Shown here: positions 10,276 through 20,728 of the stretch, one piece after another
Layout of the letters: each line of letters starts with the position of its first letter
Position numbering within the stretch: the stretch's first letter is position 1
Origin: a virus
Strand: one strand, 5' to 3'
IMG/VR virus record: IMGVR_UViG_3300037475_000032
Span: 96,766-160,765 of that record
DNA: 64,000 bases
Translations under genes and position numbers: made by a program
The notes under the pieces: model-generated
What the model was told of the DNA's origin: nothing
What the model saw: only the letters and a program-made list of their open reading frames with translations
Database searches by the model: none

Positions 10276-10424
10276 ATGGCTTGCAGCATCACGCTTACAG
10301 ACAAGGCGTCCTTCCGCACTTGTGACGACGGGCATGTTCACTGCACTCGCTGTGGACGCATCGCTCGTAGGTTTCGCAAGGGCCTGACCTGCGGCTTTGG
10401 CTGCAAGCCTCCTAAGAGGTAGAG

Positions 10425-10643
10425 ATGAGCGAGCGTAAGGCAGGTGATATCTGCGAGACTTGCTTGCCCCGATGGAAGCACCGCAAGGTGCCTGGCAAGA
10501 AGCTCGTTGAGCTACCAACCCCCACGGAGCTAGGGTTGAAGGTAGTGGTCTGCCCGTACTGCGATGGCTCGGTCATCGTTGCGTTCGCCAACAAGCCCGA
10601 TAACAAGTTCATTCCCGAGCCTGAGCCGGATGAGGACGAGTAG
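10425..10643 (+). CDS. Small Zn-finger protein
   Basis: CETC...CPYC. Confidence 0.6.
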   Translation: MSERKAGDICETCLPRWKHRKVPGKKLVELPTPTELGLKVVVCPYCDGSVIVAFANKPDNKFIPEPEPDEDE

Positions 10644-11438
10644 ATGAACTTGACGATCCAAGACGGTCAGCTAGCCAATAGCCCCCAGGAGGGTGAAGCT
10701 CTGCGATACGCCGGATACGTCAAGTGCTCTACGCCGAACTGCAACTTCTTCATCAGCCCACAGTCTGAGCAAGCTATACTGGAGCACAATGGTTACTACA
10801 CCTGCCCGAAGTGCCAGCGATCCTATGACCTACAGCAGAACCTACCGTGGCACGGAGCCCCCGAAGAGAGTGGGAACTTCGCCCTTGGTAGGGGGGGTGG
10901 AGGAACCCGCATTGGCCTAGACATGACTGAACAAGCTCAGATCGGCGAGGATCTAATCCGCGACCAGAAAGAGCTACCCGGCTACGGCCAGATCATTTGG
11001 TGGCACGAGGGAGCAGCCAACACGCCATCACCTCTCGATGGTGCGACTCGTGACTGGGGCATCGAGGTCAAGACGCTCGGCTACGACGCCATGCACCACC
11101 GCTTCATCCCTGGCCGTGAACAGGAGAAGGAAGCGAAGAACAACCAGGCGGCGGAAATGGGACTCAAGGGAATCCTTGGAGTCCTTGTGCTGCTTGACTA
11201 TCGCCGCTCCATGGCAGACATCTATGTCAAGGAGATGCCCCTCCAGACGTGGCTCAACAACCAGGGCAAGCCACAGACGGGAGTTGCCGCTTTTCGCAAG
11301 AATACGGCAACTCATTTGCTTGAGGAAATCCCCTTCAAGAACCCGTTCATGGACCCCTCCAACCCTTCACCTGGACCGGCGCAAGAGCACGCCTCACCCT
11401 TCGCCCAAGCAGAGCAACAGGAGCCAGTTCCCTTCTAG
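10644..11438 (+). CDS. Zn finger + PD-(D/E)XK-like nuclease
   Basis: CSTPNC/CPKC; IGE...SPLD...GIEVKT catalytic spacing. Confidence 0.6.
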   Translation: MNLTIQDGQLANSPQEGEALRYAGYVKCSTPNCNFFISPQSEQAILEHNGYYTCPKCQRSYDLQQNLPWHGAPEESGNFALGRGGGGTRIGLDMTEQAQIGEDLIRDQKELPGYGQIIWWHEGAANTPSPLDGATRDWGIEVKTLGYDAMHHRFIPGREQEKEAKNNQAAEMGLKGILGVLVLLDYRRSMADIYVKEMPLQTWLNNQGKPQTGVAAFRKNTATHLLEEIPFKNPFMDPSNPSPGPAQEHASPFAQAEQQEPVPF

Positions 11439-11444
11439 GGAGTA

Positions 11445-14400
11445 ATGTATATGTGGGACCCGAACAGCATCAGTCAGGATCAGTTGCACGAATACCGCAA
11501 CGCCGCTGAATCGGCATGGGGCGATGACACACGTCATCCTGACTTCGTAGGGCACCCAGACCCAAGTGCGGGCCAGTGCTACGTCACGTCCAAGTGGCTC
11601 ACGGGCGAGCTTGGCGGTCATGTTGGGTTGAAGAATGGTCATTACTTCTGGGTCTCACCGGACAAGAGCCACGTCATTGATCTGACCGGCGATCAGTTCT
11701 CTAGTCCACCACCTTCGGGCAGGATGAACTTCCTGGACGGCCAGCCCGTGGATTCAGAGGACGAAGCCTATGAGCCCGAGACACGCGGATGGCGACCAGG
11801 ACCCATCATGTTCAAGCGTGCTAATCACCCGCTCTACAAGGGATTCAGGATCAAGGCCGATCCTCAGCCTCCGCAGGATCAGAGAGATTGGGAAGACCTG
11901 GAACAGTCACCTCGCATCAACGACCGTCTCCAGCGCTTCACTCGTCGTGCGAACGCTGCTCTCACCAATCCCACGAGTCGCACAGCCGATCTCATGGGAA
12001 TCGGGAACCCGATGAGTGAACCGCAGGCAGAAGAGGATCTGAACCAGCGTTACCTTCACGATACAATGAGTGATCTGCAAATGACGCAGGAACCAATCGA
12101 CCGAGAGTACAAGTTCTTCTATGGACACGGACAACTACACGTATCACCCGTTCATTCTCACGACGAACTCCGAGATCACTCTGGGACATCCCCTGACGAG
12201 AACGGACCAATCGCCGTGGGTTACGTTCATGTTCACGGAGGAGATGCTGTTTGGTCTATTGAGACTAACGTTGCCGCTCGCGGACTCGTTCGCGTCCTTA
12301 AGGACTACAGCAAGACTGTGGGTTGGAAATGGAACGGAGTGGTTGGAGGCGACGGAGCACCCATCCATGATGACTTCGGCGCTACGAAGTCTATGTGGTA
12401 CAAGGCCAACGCTGATGGAGAGGTACAGATCGCAGATGGACCTTTCCGAGGAGCCTCCCGCATCGACATCGTTGGCAGGACCGCCCATTATGCTCGATCC
12501 GCGTCTACCAGCAGTTATGGCGATGCTCTCAGAGAATGGGCCGACGACTTCGGATACCGCCTAGCCGAGTACCCAGGCGGCACGGACATGACCGACCGCA
12601 CAAAGAACTGGGAGGACTTGGAGCTTCACAACAACTCCGACCCCGAATGGGACCCGGAGAAGGCATACGACGGAGCGCCTATTGGTCCTCTCACATGCGG
12701 CACATGCGGCTTCGAGGCACCTGACTTCAATACCCTCATCCTCCATCGCAGACTGCACGAGGGAGAGGACGAAGACCGCATCCAGGATGGTCACTTCCCG
12801 ACGCTCAACGACCGTGACGATACGCTACCGCTTAGGCGCAGGAACGTCAACCCTACGGCGTCACCTCTTGCCTCTTTCCGCGAAGCATCAGTGGTGGATG
12901 GCTTCGACCTGTACGCGAGCCTGTGGGGATACGACCGTGACGAGGGATTGCGCTTCTACGGTGGTTACCTGAATGGTCAACTTCTCGGCTACGGGGTCGT
13001 GCGTCCCGGCGATGATGGAGCCGAGGTCGTCATGATCCACTCATCCATCCCCAACGTCGGCATCGGTACGGTACTCGCTGAGAAGATCAAGCAGCACTAC
13101 CCGGTTCTGACCACGCACGCCGATAGTCCCGAGGGCGAACGCCTTGCCAAGCGCATGGGGATGGTCAATGTCGAGGGTCAGCTATACAAGTGGGCCGCAG
13201 GCGAAGAACCGAAGGACATGATCCAGGCCCCCGTCCCGTTTATCTACGACATCCAGCAAGACCACATCACCACGGGTCATCCGGGCATGAAGACATCGGA
13301 CATCATGGGCCAGTTCACGCCCGGTGGTATAGTTGAGGGCTACTACGAGCCGGGCGGCAAGGTGGTCATCAACACGTCCACCAACATGCCGTACAGCACG
13401 TACCACATGATGCAGCTATGGTATTGGACGCACCCACAAATGCAAATCGTCGGCCTTGAACTAGAAGACCAGCAGGGCAAGAGGCAGAAGCTAGCGGCTA
13501 CTGAGATCGGCCCCTACCTCAAGACGCTCGTGGGAACCGACGCCGCTGCATGGAACGCCTACCAGGCGCTACGCAATGCAGGCGGGAAGGTCTATGCCGT
13601 AGGTGGCGCAGTACGCGATGCTCTGCTTGGCAAGGACCCCAAGGATATTGACCTGATGGTCTCCGGCGTTCCGCCCGAGCAGGTCTCTCATGTCCTTGAA
13701 CAGCTTCCTGGCCGCGTAGACTTGACTGGTAAGCGCTTCGGTGTCTACCGCTACAAGACAAAGGGTCAAGAGGTCGAGATTGCTCTGCCACGCGAGGACA
13801 CCTACGATGGTGAGCGTCGCGGTCAGGGCAAGATCACCGTTGATCCTAGCCTTCCGGTTGAGGATGACCTAAGGCGTCGTGACTTTACTGTCAACAGCAT
13901 GGCCGTGGATCTTGACACAGGTAAGCTCATCGACCCATACGGAGGCGAGAAGGATGCCGAGTCCCACACGCTTAGAACCACTCACCCTTCGTCCTTCGAG
14001 GAGGACCCAACTCGCCTTGTACGTGCGCTTGTGGCTTCTTCCCGCCACGGTCTGGTTCCAGACGAGAGGACCCGTCAGGAGATGGCAGAGAACGCATCGC
14101 GCCTCGACCGTGAGTCCCCCGATGCCCTTAAGCAGCAGCTAGACAAGCTGCTTGAAAGCCCCAATCCGGCAGGGGCACTCAGACTAGCCCATGACACAGG
14201 TGTCCTGCGTCATCTATTCCCTGAGGTCGATGCGAACTTCGACTACGATCAGAACAACACGCATCACTCATACTCGCTGGGTGAGCACTCACTGAACGTG
14301 CTCGACAACGCGAGTCGTCTGACTACGGACCCAGATCTTCGTCTCGCTGCCCTGCTCCACGATCAGGGCAAGCCGGACTCGGCATGGGTAGACCCGGAGA

Positions 14401-14936
14401 AGGGCACGACTCACTACTACGAAAAGTTCATCGACGGCCAGCCTGTAGGAGCCGATCACGCACAGGTGGGAGCCGACATGGCCGAGAAGCGCCTGCGCGA
14501 GACCTACAACTTCCCGGTGGCTCGCATCCGTCGTGTGCGTGAACTGATTGAACACCACATGTTCCCGGCCTTCTCGTCACCCAAGGGCGCACGCAAGTTC
14601 CTCAACCGTGTAGGCGACCACGCTGACGATCTCCTTACGCTGCGCGAAGCCGACATGACCGGCAAGGGGCAGAGCGAGGAGGAAGTCGCTGAAAGGACCA
14701 GCGCCGATAGGATGCGCAATCTCGTGGAGCAGGCCCGTCAGGCAGGCGCACCCACAGATCAGTCGTCCCTCAGTCTCAACGGCAACGACATTGTTGGCAT
14801 GGGAGTGAAGCCCGGACCACAGGTCGGGCAGATCCTCCGCCAGTTGACCAATGATGTGGTTGAGGAACCGCAGTTGAACGACAGAGACGCCCTCACTCAG
14901 CGAGCACAGGAGTACATCAATGCACTTCCAGCATAG
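11445..14936 (+). CDS. Polyprotein: YunG-like domain, repeat modules, C2H2 finger, GNAT, CCA-adding tRNA nucleotidyltransferase + HD
   Basis: AGQCYVTS...HYFW...IDLTGDQF; CGTC-x12-HRRLH; NVGIGT acetyl-CoA loop; VGGAVRDALLG...KDIDL, RRDFTVNSMA, EDPTRLVR, LLHDQGK; linkers RTA/RLA/REA/KWA/KLA. Confidence 0.85.
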   Translation: MYMWDPNSISQDQLHEYRNAAESAWGDDTRHPDFVGHPDPSAGQCYVTSKWLTGELGGHVGLKNGHYFWVSPDKSHVIDLTGDQFSSPPPSGRMNFLDGQPVDSEDEAYEPETRGWRPGPIMFKRANHPLYKGFRIKADPQPPQDQRDWEDLEQSPRINDRLQRFTRRANAALTNPTSRTADLMGIGNPMSEPQAEEDLNQRYLHDTMSDLQMTQEPIDREYKFFYGHGQLHVSPVHSHDELRDHSGTSPDENGPIAVGYVHVHGGDAVWSIETNVAARGLVRVLKDYSKTVGWKWNGVVGGDGAPIHDDFGATKSMWYKANADGEVQIADGPFRGASRIDIVGRTAHYARSASTSSYGDALREWADDFGYRLAEYPGGTDMTDRTKNWEDLELHNNSDPEWDPEKAYDGAPIGPLTCGTCGFEAPDFNTLILHRRLHEGEDEDRIQDGHFPTLNDRDDTLPLRRRNVNPTASPLASFREASVVDGFDLYASLWGYDRDEGLRFYGGYLNGQLLGYGVVRPGDDGAEVVMIHSSIPNVGIGTVLAEKIKQHYPVLTTHADSPEGERLAKRMGMVNVEGQLYKWAAGEEPKDMIQAPVPFIYDIQQDHITTGHPGMKTSDIMGQFTPGGIVEGYYEPGGKVVINTSTNMPYSTYHMMQLWYWTHPQMQIVGLELEDQQGKRQKLAATEIGPYLKTLVGTDAAAWNAYQALRNAGGKVYAVGGAVRDALLGKDPKDIDLMVSGVPPEQVSHVLEQLPGRVDLTGKRFGVYRYKTKGQEVEIALPREDTYDGERRGQGKITVDPSLPVEDDLRRRDFTVNSMAVDLDTGKLIDPYGGEKDAESHTLRTTHPSSFEEDPTRLVRALVASSRHGLVPDERTRQEMAENASRLDRESPDALKQQLDKLLESPNPAGALRLAHDTGVLRHLFPEVDANFDYDQNNTHHSYSLGEHSLNVLDNASRLTTDPDLRLAALLHDQGKPDSAWVDPEKGTTHYYEKFIDGQPVGADHAQVGADMAEKRLRETYNFPVARIRRVRELIEHHMFPAFSSPKGARKFLNRVGDHADDLLTLREADMTGKGQSEEEVAERTSADRMRNLVEQARQAGAPTDQSSLSLNGNDIVGMGVKPGPQVGQILRQLTNDVVEEPQLNDRDALTQRAQEYINALPA

Positions 14937-14953
14937 ACCACTCGACACGCCGG

Positions 14954-15348
14954 ATGTGGATAAAGATGACAGACCAAAGAAGTGAGCCTATCCTAATTCC
15001 TCGTCCGCTCAAGCCGGACGTTCTCTGCTTTGGTATCAAGCGAGCCGGACAGACAGTCATCTTCTACAACGAGGATCGTGAGATCCCCGACGCACCCCAT
15101 CCTGACACGATCCCCAAGTTGCCTCAGAGCATCTTCATCATGGAGAACGAATGATGCCCAAGCTGGAGTTTCACGATTACATCGCTATGTGCGAAGATCC
15201 AGAGACGGGTCAGAAAGCCACTTTTCGCTTCCGAGCAAGCTCAGATGCACACGCCGATAGGGAGGCTCGTGATGGCTGGTTTGGCCTTCTAGCACCGCCT
15301 CCTAAGGAGCGCTGGGAAGCATTGAAGGTAGACGTAGCTAGGGTGTAA
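14954..15348 (+). CDS. Two small hypothetical genes (14954-15154, 15151-15348)
   Basis: Coupled ORFs filling the intergenic space. Confidence 0.5.
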
Positions 15349-15356
15349 TACGTGCA

Positions 15357-16466
15357 ATGCCTGTCGCAAATATCCTCGATCCGATCCACGATACCCTAGA
15401 CGCCCGTGTGTGGGATGATCCGGGCGCAGACAAGCCCGTATTGAAGCCCAAGCACCTCCACTGGATCAAGAAGACGATCTACGATGCGCTTGAAAAGGCG
15501 GGCTACACGGATGTCGAGAAGTGGCTGCATCTCGTACTGACCGGTTCGCTTACAACGTACCAGTATTCGGACGAGTCCGACTGTGACGTTTCACTCTTTG
15601 TGGACACGAAGGTCTTCCCCGAGTGGTCGAGGGCAGAGATGATCGGCGTCATGGTAGGAGAGGTCGATGGGACCACGCTACCGGGCACACCTCACCCGAT
15701 GCAGAACTTCGTTGTGCCCTCACACATCAAGCCCCATGACCTTTACAAGAAGGGCTTGCGCTCAGGCTACGACCTAGATACCCAGACGTGGGTCGAGCCG
15801 CCTGAGCATGATCGTGTCCATGACGTAGAGGCTGAGGAGAACGGCTTCTATGCCTACGCACTCCAGATGGCTGACAAGATGGAGCGCCTGTTGAAGTACG
15901 AGCCCGAGAAGGCAGCCGAGTTCTGGCACGCGATCCACAATCGCCGCAGGCGCGACATGGCATCAGGCAAGGGTGACTTCGCTGAGTCGAACATCGTCTA
16001 CAAGTTTCTTGCCAATCGAGGTCTATTCCCGGCCATCTCGGAGGCCACAGGCGAGTACATCGCACATAAGCTAGGAGCTAATAGTGACCCTTCTATTAGC
16101 CCTGAGCTAATGCAGACACATGTCCTCTACAACCCGTTCAATCCCGAGAAGTTTCATCCTCCCGCTCCAGGGCACGAAAAGTCCATGCCGTGGGTCTATG
16201 ACCCTGATACCAAGACCGTTCACCTTGGTCCTCCGCGAGCATACCACTGGGAGTTGATCGAAAGAACACCGGAGCTACGAGGGCAGTATGAAGGAGCATG
16301 GACGAAGCCCGCTATGGGACAGGCGGGGAATATCCATGGGGCGATGTCGTGGCCCGGCCGTAACACTGACTTCATGGGTGAGCAGGTTGACCCCGAGACC
16401 AAGAGATCTATCAATCAAGCACTAGGCGCACCCGAAGAAGATGAGCACGAGTGGAACTTCGCGTAA
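15357..16466 (+). CDS. Pol-beta-superfamily nucleotidyltransferase + C-terminal repeat module
   Basis: LTGSLTTYQYSDESDCDV (GS...DxD); after HKLGA a PWVYDPDTKTVHLGPPRAYH...WNF module. Confidence 0.75.
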   Translation: MPVANILDPIHDTLDARVWDDPGADKPVLKPKHLHWIKKTIYDALEKAGYTDVEKWLHLVLTGSLTTYQYSDESDCDVSLFVDTKVFPEWSRAEMIGVMVGEVDGTTLPGTPHPMQNFVVPSHIKPHDLYKKGLRSGYDLDTQTWVEPPEHDRVHDVEAEENGFYAYALQMADKMERLLKYEPEKAAEFWHAIHNRRRRDMASGKGDFAESNIVYKFLANRGLFPAISEATGEYIAHKLGANSDPSISPELMQTHVLYNPFNPEKFHPPAPGHEKSMPWVYDPDTKTVHLGPPRAYHWELIERTPELRGQYEGAWTKPAMGQAGNIHGAMSWPGRNTDFMGEQVDPETKRSINQALGAPEEDEHEWNFA

Positions 16467-16905
16467 GCGTAAGGGCGTTCTCTTTATAGAACTGCCTGAG
16501 GCTCCCGATGCTCCGCCCGGTACTTGCCGTTGGTGCGGAGCTACGCTTGTGGGGAAGCGAGCCGTCAGTCGTCGCTACTGCTACCCAGATCGTGAGGGGC
16601 GCAATTGCGTCAAAGAGTTCCGTGACTCGATGACGTGGAATCCCCGCCAAGCTCTACGCATCAAGGCGTTTAAACAGGGAGAGCGTGTCCTACGCTGCAT
16701 CGACTGTGGATTCGTTGTGGAGGAACTGCACAGAGGCTCTAGGGCTCGCGTCATTGTCATGCCATGGGAAGCCGATCACGAGATTCCGCTGTGGGATGGA
16801 GGCGAACACACGGTAGCTAATCTGCGCGTGCGTTGTGTCCCCGACCATCGTGCAAAGACCAACCGTGAGAACGCCATCCGTCGTGCTAAGATGGCTGGCA
16901 CATGA
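16441..16905 (+). CDS. HNH endonuclease
   Basis: CRWCG, CIDCG, WEADHEIPLWDGGEH...NL...HRAKT. Confidence 0.85.
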   Translation: MSTSGTSRKRKGVLFIELPEAPDAPPGTCRWCGATLVGKRAVSRRYCYPDREGRNCVKEFRDSMTWNPRQALRIKAFKQGERVLRCIDCGFVVEELHRGSRARVIVMPWEADHEIPLWDGGEHTVANLRVRCVPDHRAKTNRENAIRRAKMAGT

Positions 16906-17357
16906 ACTACTACGCCGCCCGTCAGAGACTCGATAACCAGCGCTACGACTACACGCGCATGAACGATGGAGTAGCCCATCCCGAAGGCTACTGTCGAGAG
17001 AAGGTCATCTGCCCTGAGCAGATAGGCGATACCTTCCTCATCGCCAATCCATGCTCTGAGGAATGTCCCACCTGCCACGGCAAGCAGCGTATCCCTAACC
17101 CCGACTACTGTGGTAGCCATGACACGGCCGAGCAGGCGGAAATCTGCTTCGCCGCGTATATCCTTGACCAGGGCACTAAGCCTGTCGCTTATGGTGACTG
17201 GACAGGATGTGAGATCTGCGACGCACCTACCAAGGACGGCATCATGGCCGTTCATCCATTGGGCCAGATGATGGCTCTATGCGATACCCACCGCACTGGC
17301 GCTGTCTTCGCGGCTCATTCGCCCGAGAAGGTCGGAGAGATCGCAGCGAGTTGGTAA
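16902..17357 (+). CDS. Cys-rich hypothetical protein
   Basis: Several CxxC pairs; ATGA overlap. Confidence 0.65.
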   Translation: MNYYAARQRLDNQRYDYTRMNDGVAHPEGYCREKVICPEQIGDTFLIANPCSEECPTCHGKQRIPNPDYCGSHDTAEQAEICFAAYILDQGTKPVAYGDWTGCEICDAPTKDGIMAVHPLGQMMALCDTHRTGAVFAAHSPEKVGEIAASW

Positions 17358-17914
17358 TGAGCGACCTTCCAACAGAGACAACTCTGCTTCACGGCGGGGA
17401 GGACACATACGAGCAGCGTGGAGGTGAGAGCTTCCGTCGCTGCTCTTACTGTGGTGGTGTGCATCCCCTTGACCTACTCAAGGCACGCGACGAAGGCAAG
17501 ATCGGTAAAGTGGATCGTTCCGTAGATTGGAAGTACGGATGGCCGCACAAGATCTACGTGGACGTGGATGGCTCATATGCCAAGTTCTACAATATCCATA
17601 CGCTTGAGCCTAATCTGAGTGACGAGGAGCGCAAGAAGCTATTCGAATTCGTTGGCTACTCCTTCTCCATGGAGGGCACAAAGATCAAGTGGAAGCGCTG
17701 GGTCTACGATACCCCACCGGCACAGCCCACGAAGGTCTTCCCACCTCTTGCTCAAGCCTTCCTCAACGTACCCGTGACGTTCAACTTCGATCACAACCCA
17801 CGCGGGGAAGTCATCGACGCTCGTGAAGAAGATGGTGGAATCCATGTCACCATGAGGATGGATGATGGCACGATCTTCAATGCCTCTGTCGGCAACCTAA
17901 TCTACGAGGATTGA
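17357..17914 (+). CDS. Hypothetical phage protein
   Basis: RCSYCGGVHP, DWKYGWPHKIY; TAATG coupling. Confidence 0.65.
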   Translation: MSDLPTETTLLHGGEDTYEQRGGESFRRCSYCGGVHPLDLLKARDEGKIGKVDRSVDWKYGWPHKIYVDVDGSYAKFYNIHTLEPNLSDEERKKLFEFVGYSFSMEGTKIKWKRWVYDTPPAQPTKVFPPLAQAFLNVPVTFNFDHNPRGEVIDAREEDGGIHVTMRMDDGTIFNASVGNLIYED

Positions 17915-18432
17915 TGTTCAAGTACGCAGGTGTAGGCTCGCGGTCAACACCTCCCGAGATCCTGAAAGCGATGGATCTCTTTGCTAATGCCATCGCTAGA
18001 GACTCGCTCCTTCGCACGGGCGCAGCCGAGGGAGCAGATCAAGCCTTCGAGTTCGGAGCCGTACTTGGTGGTGGCCGAGTCGAGATTTACCTGCCTTGGA
18101 AGGGCTTCAACGGTCGTCAGGATGGCGAGATCGTGGAGCCCGGTAAGGATGCGCTCGAACTGGCTGAGTACTATCATCCGAACTGGAAGGCGCTCAAGCA
18201 GGGCGCACGCAAGCTCATGGCCCGCAACGGCTATCAGGTGCTCGGACCCAACCTCTATGATCCGGTCGAGATGGTCGTGTGCTGGACGCCGGATGGCTCT
18301 TTGGATGGCAAAGGCTCCAAGGTCGGAGGCACGGGGCAGGCGCTACGCATCGCTGACGACTACGAGATCCCAGTCCTCAATCTCCAGCGCCCCGATCACC
18401 TGGCTGAGATCGAATCCTTCTTCGAGTCTTGA
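17914..18432 (+). CDS. SLOG/DprA-like protein
   Basis: YAGVGSRSTP, LRTGAAEGADQAFE, ARN, VCWTPDG, GGTGQA. Confidence 0.8.
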   Translation: MFKYAGVGSRSTPPEILKAMDLFANAIARDSLLRTGAAEGADQAFEFGAVLGGGRVEIYLPWKGFNGRQDGEIVEPGKDALELAEYYHPNWKALKQGARKLMARNGYQVLGPNLYDPVEMVVCWTPDGSLDGKGSKVGGTGQALRIADDYEIPVLNLQRPDHLAEIESFFES

Positions 18433-18457
18433 CATACGCTACGGCATAGGCTAGACT
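18429..18457 (+). promoter_or_regulatory. SigA-type promoter
   Basis: TTGACA-17-TAGACT, 8 nt before ATG 18466. Confidence 0.8.
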
Positions 18458-18465
18458 TCCTTCCC

Positions 18466-18918
18466 ATGAACAGAGTCACGATCACCTCCCTTCACGTCGA
18501 TGCACGCGGAGCTATCCCCTTCATCAAGGCCCTGCGGGAAACCGCCGACATCCCCTTGAAGACTGCCAAGGATGCCTACGACGGACTCAAGGAGGGTACG
18601 CCCTTCACGTTCGACTCGCCGCTCAATCAGGTGCTCATCACTCGCCAACTGCGGCACTACTGCGATATCTCCTTTGGCGGCGCACGGCGGATAGACCAAG
18701 CCATCGCTGCTCTCCACGCCCTCAATCACACAGCGGTCGAAACCGACATGGACTCCGATCCAGAGGGCTTCCGCATTGCTCGTGAGCTTCAACTGATCGA
18801 GGGCGTCAATCCTGTCCCGACGAGAGTGGGCGATGCAGTGCTCATGTTCTTGGGGATGGCCTTCGACAACTTCAATCCCACAAGAAACGGAGCGCAAGAT
18901 GGACGCGACGCAGCTTGA
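18466..18918 (+). CDS. Protein with ribosomal L7/L12-CTD-like N-terminal motif
   Basis: IPFIKALRETADIPLKTAKDAYD resembles IKxVRExTGLGLKEAKD. Confidence 0.5.
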   Translation: MNRVTITSLHVDARGAIPFIKALRETADIPLKTAKDAYDGLKEGTPFTFDSPLNQVLITRQLRHYCDISFGGARRIDQAIAALHALNHTAVETDMDSDPEGFRIARELQLIEGVNPVPTRVGDAVLMFLGMAFDNFNPTRNGAQDGRDAA

Positions 18919-20001
18919 GGACTACCAGGTACGCGACGTGGAGAAGCTGATTGGTCTCTTCACGGCCAAGGACCCTCGCAGCCTGGAGCAGATCATCGCC
19001 GACGACACCGAATACGAAGACCACAAGATCGAGAAGGTGTCGCCCTCCGGGGAGAACGCCTTCGAGCTTGGTTTCGATGGCTCGTGGGTGAGCTTCTTCA
19101 CCTTCCCCGATGGCGAGTGCCCCCCCGCAGTCGGGGATGCGCTCAGGATCTACGGCTCGTTCGGGCATAGGCGTCACGGCTTTGCCATCAACGGCAAGGT
19201 CATTCACTACGAGACCCCATGGGAGCAGTTCGCTGAGCGAATCACGATGCTGGCGGGCTTCGACCGTAAGCACCGTGAGCACCTTGAAGCGGAGCGCACG
19301 GACATGGCGGTCTGGTACGACCTTCTCGAAGGTCCCTTCAAGGCTCGCATCGACCGTATGCGTGAGTCGAAGCCTGACTTCGACGTTGACGGCGGGAGCT
19401 ATGAGATGTACCCGGTCCTCATGGCTCAGCGCATCGCCGCATGGGTCAAGGAGCAGCCGGAGGGCTTGCCCCTGGAGATCATCAAGGGCTTCCGTGACCT
19501 GCCCTACGAGGAGCAGGCCAAGGTCATTCACGCTGGCGAGGAGGACAAGTACGGGATCAGCGGCCACCAGTTCGACTTCGCTTGCGCAATAGCTCGCGCA
19601 CATTGCGAAGGCGAGGACATCTAGTCAACCATAAAATCTGTTACGATAGGAGCATCATGCCGAAGTTGATGACCACAGACGAGCAGGGCAACGAGTACGA
19701 GATCGGCACTGTCGAGCGGGTGCATCTCGGCTACGAGGACCACGGGCTCTTTGCCTTCGGGGTTAACTTCAAGTTCGAGGGCTCAGGACAGGGCACCGGC
19801 TTGTACGGTCTGCCCGAGGACGCTCCGTCGTCCATCCGTCTCATCAAGCGCGTGACGGATGTCATTGGTCCGATCACGGAGGCGAAAGGCAAGAAGGTGT
19901 TCGCTATTCGCGCAGCAGGAGACCGCTTCGGCAAGATCATCGGCATTGCCCCGCTGGAGGGCGAGCCCGTCTTCTTCGAGGACATCTTCAAGGACGCCTG
20001 A
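18899..20001 (+). CDS. Two hypothetical genes (18899-19624, 19657-20001)
   Basis: Strong GC3 codon bias; AGGAG before 19657. Confidence 0.65.
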
Positions 20002-20263
20002 TGCTCTGGCTGGAAAACTTCTTCCTGGCACTCGTCGGCAAGCAGAGGATCGAGTGCCCGCGATGTCATGGTAAGGGCACCAATGGTCGTGGTGATTGGT
20101 GCTGGCCGTGCAAGGGAAGCGGAACGCAGGTAATCCCTAGAAAGGACCCCTCACTTCGATGACTTCACTACGCCAACAAGCGCGAGAAGATGCCCGTCGC
20201 AGCCGTATCTCCCAGGAGAGAAGGCGTAGGCGGGCCTATAAACCCACAACAAGGAGAACCGCA

Positions 20264-20482
20264 ATGCCATTCAAGATCGCTGGCATGGTTGGTGGAGGGG
20301 TCGTTGGAGTCCTCTTCTTCATCGCCATCGTCTGGTTCATCAGTGCCCTCTTCTGGGGGGGCGTCACGTTCCTCATCTGGAACGATGCAGGTCTGTATCA
20401 CGTATTCCACGGCGCAGGTACGCTCAACTACTTCTGGCAGTCCGTAGGGATTGGAGCAGGTCTCAGTCTCGTGCTGGGCTAG
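20264..20482 (+). CDS. Small membrane protein
   Basis: AAGGAG RBS; hydrophobic; similar to the 58898-59168 product. Confidence 0.65.
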   Translation: MPFKIAGMVGGGVVGVLFFIAIVWFISALFWGGVTFLIWNDAGLYHVFHGAGTLNYFWQSVGIGAGLSLVLG

Positions 20483-20486
20483 CTTC

Positions 20487-20684
20487 GTGAATGGTCGGAA
20501 CAAGGGTCTACGAAAGATCATCAAGGAACTGGAAGCCCAAGGGTGGAGAGTAGAGAAGGGTCCGCACTGGAAGCTATTCTCCCCTAACGGCAAGTCAATC
20601 GTGGTGGTCTCTTCGTCCCCAAAGAGCACTGAGACGCACAAGGTTCGAGCGGATTGCGTGAGAGCCGGAGCAGTCTTCAACTGA
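20487..20684 (+). CDS. HicA-like protein
   Basis: LRKIIKELEAQGWRVEKGPHWKLFSPNG fits the HicA dsRBD-like pattern with G-x-H. Confidence 0.65.
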   Translation: MNGRNKGLRKIIKELEAQGWRVEKGPHWKLFSPNGKSIVVVSSSPKSTETHKVRADCVRAGAVFN

Positions 20685-20686
20685 GC

Positions 20687-20712
20687 CAACGGCACCTTTC
20701 GGGGTGCCGTTG
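20687..20712 (+). terminator. Stem-loop, probable terminator
   Basis: CAACGGCACC-T-TTCG-G-GGTGCCGTTG directly after a stop codon. Confidence 0.65.
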
Positions 20713-20728
20713 CTACGAGGTAATAGAT

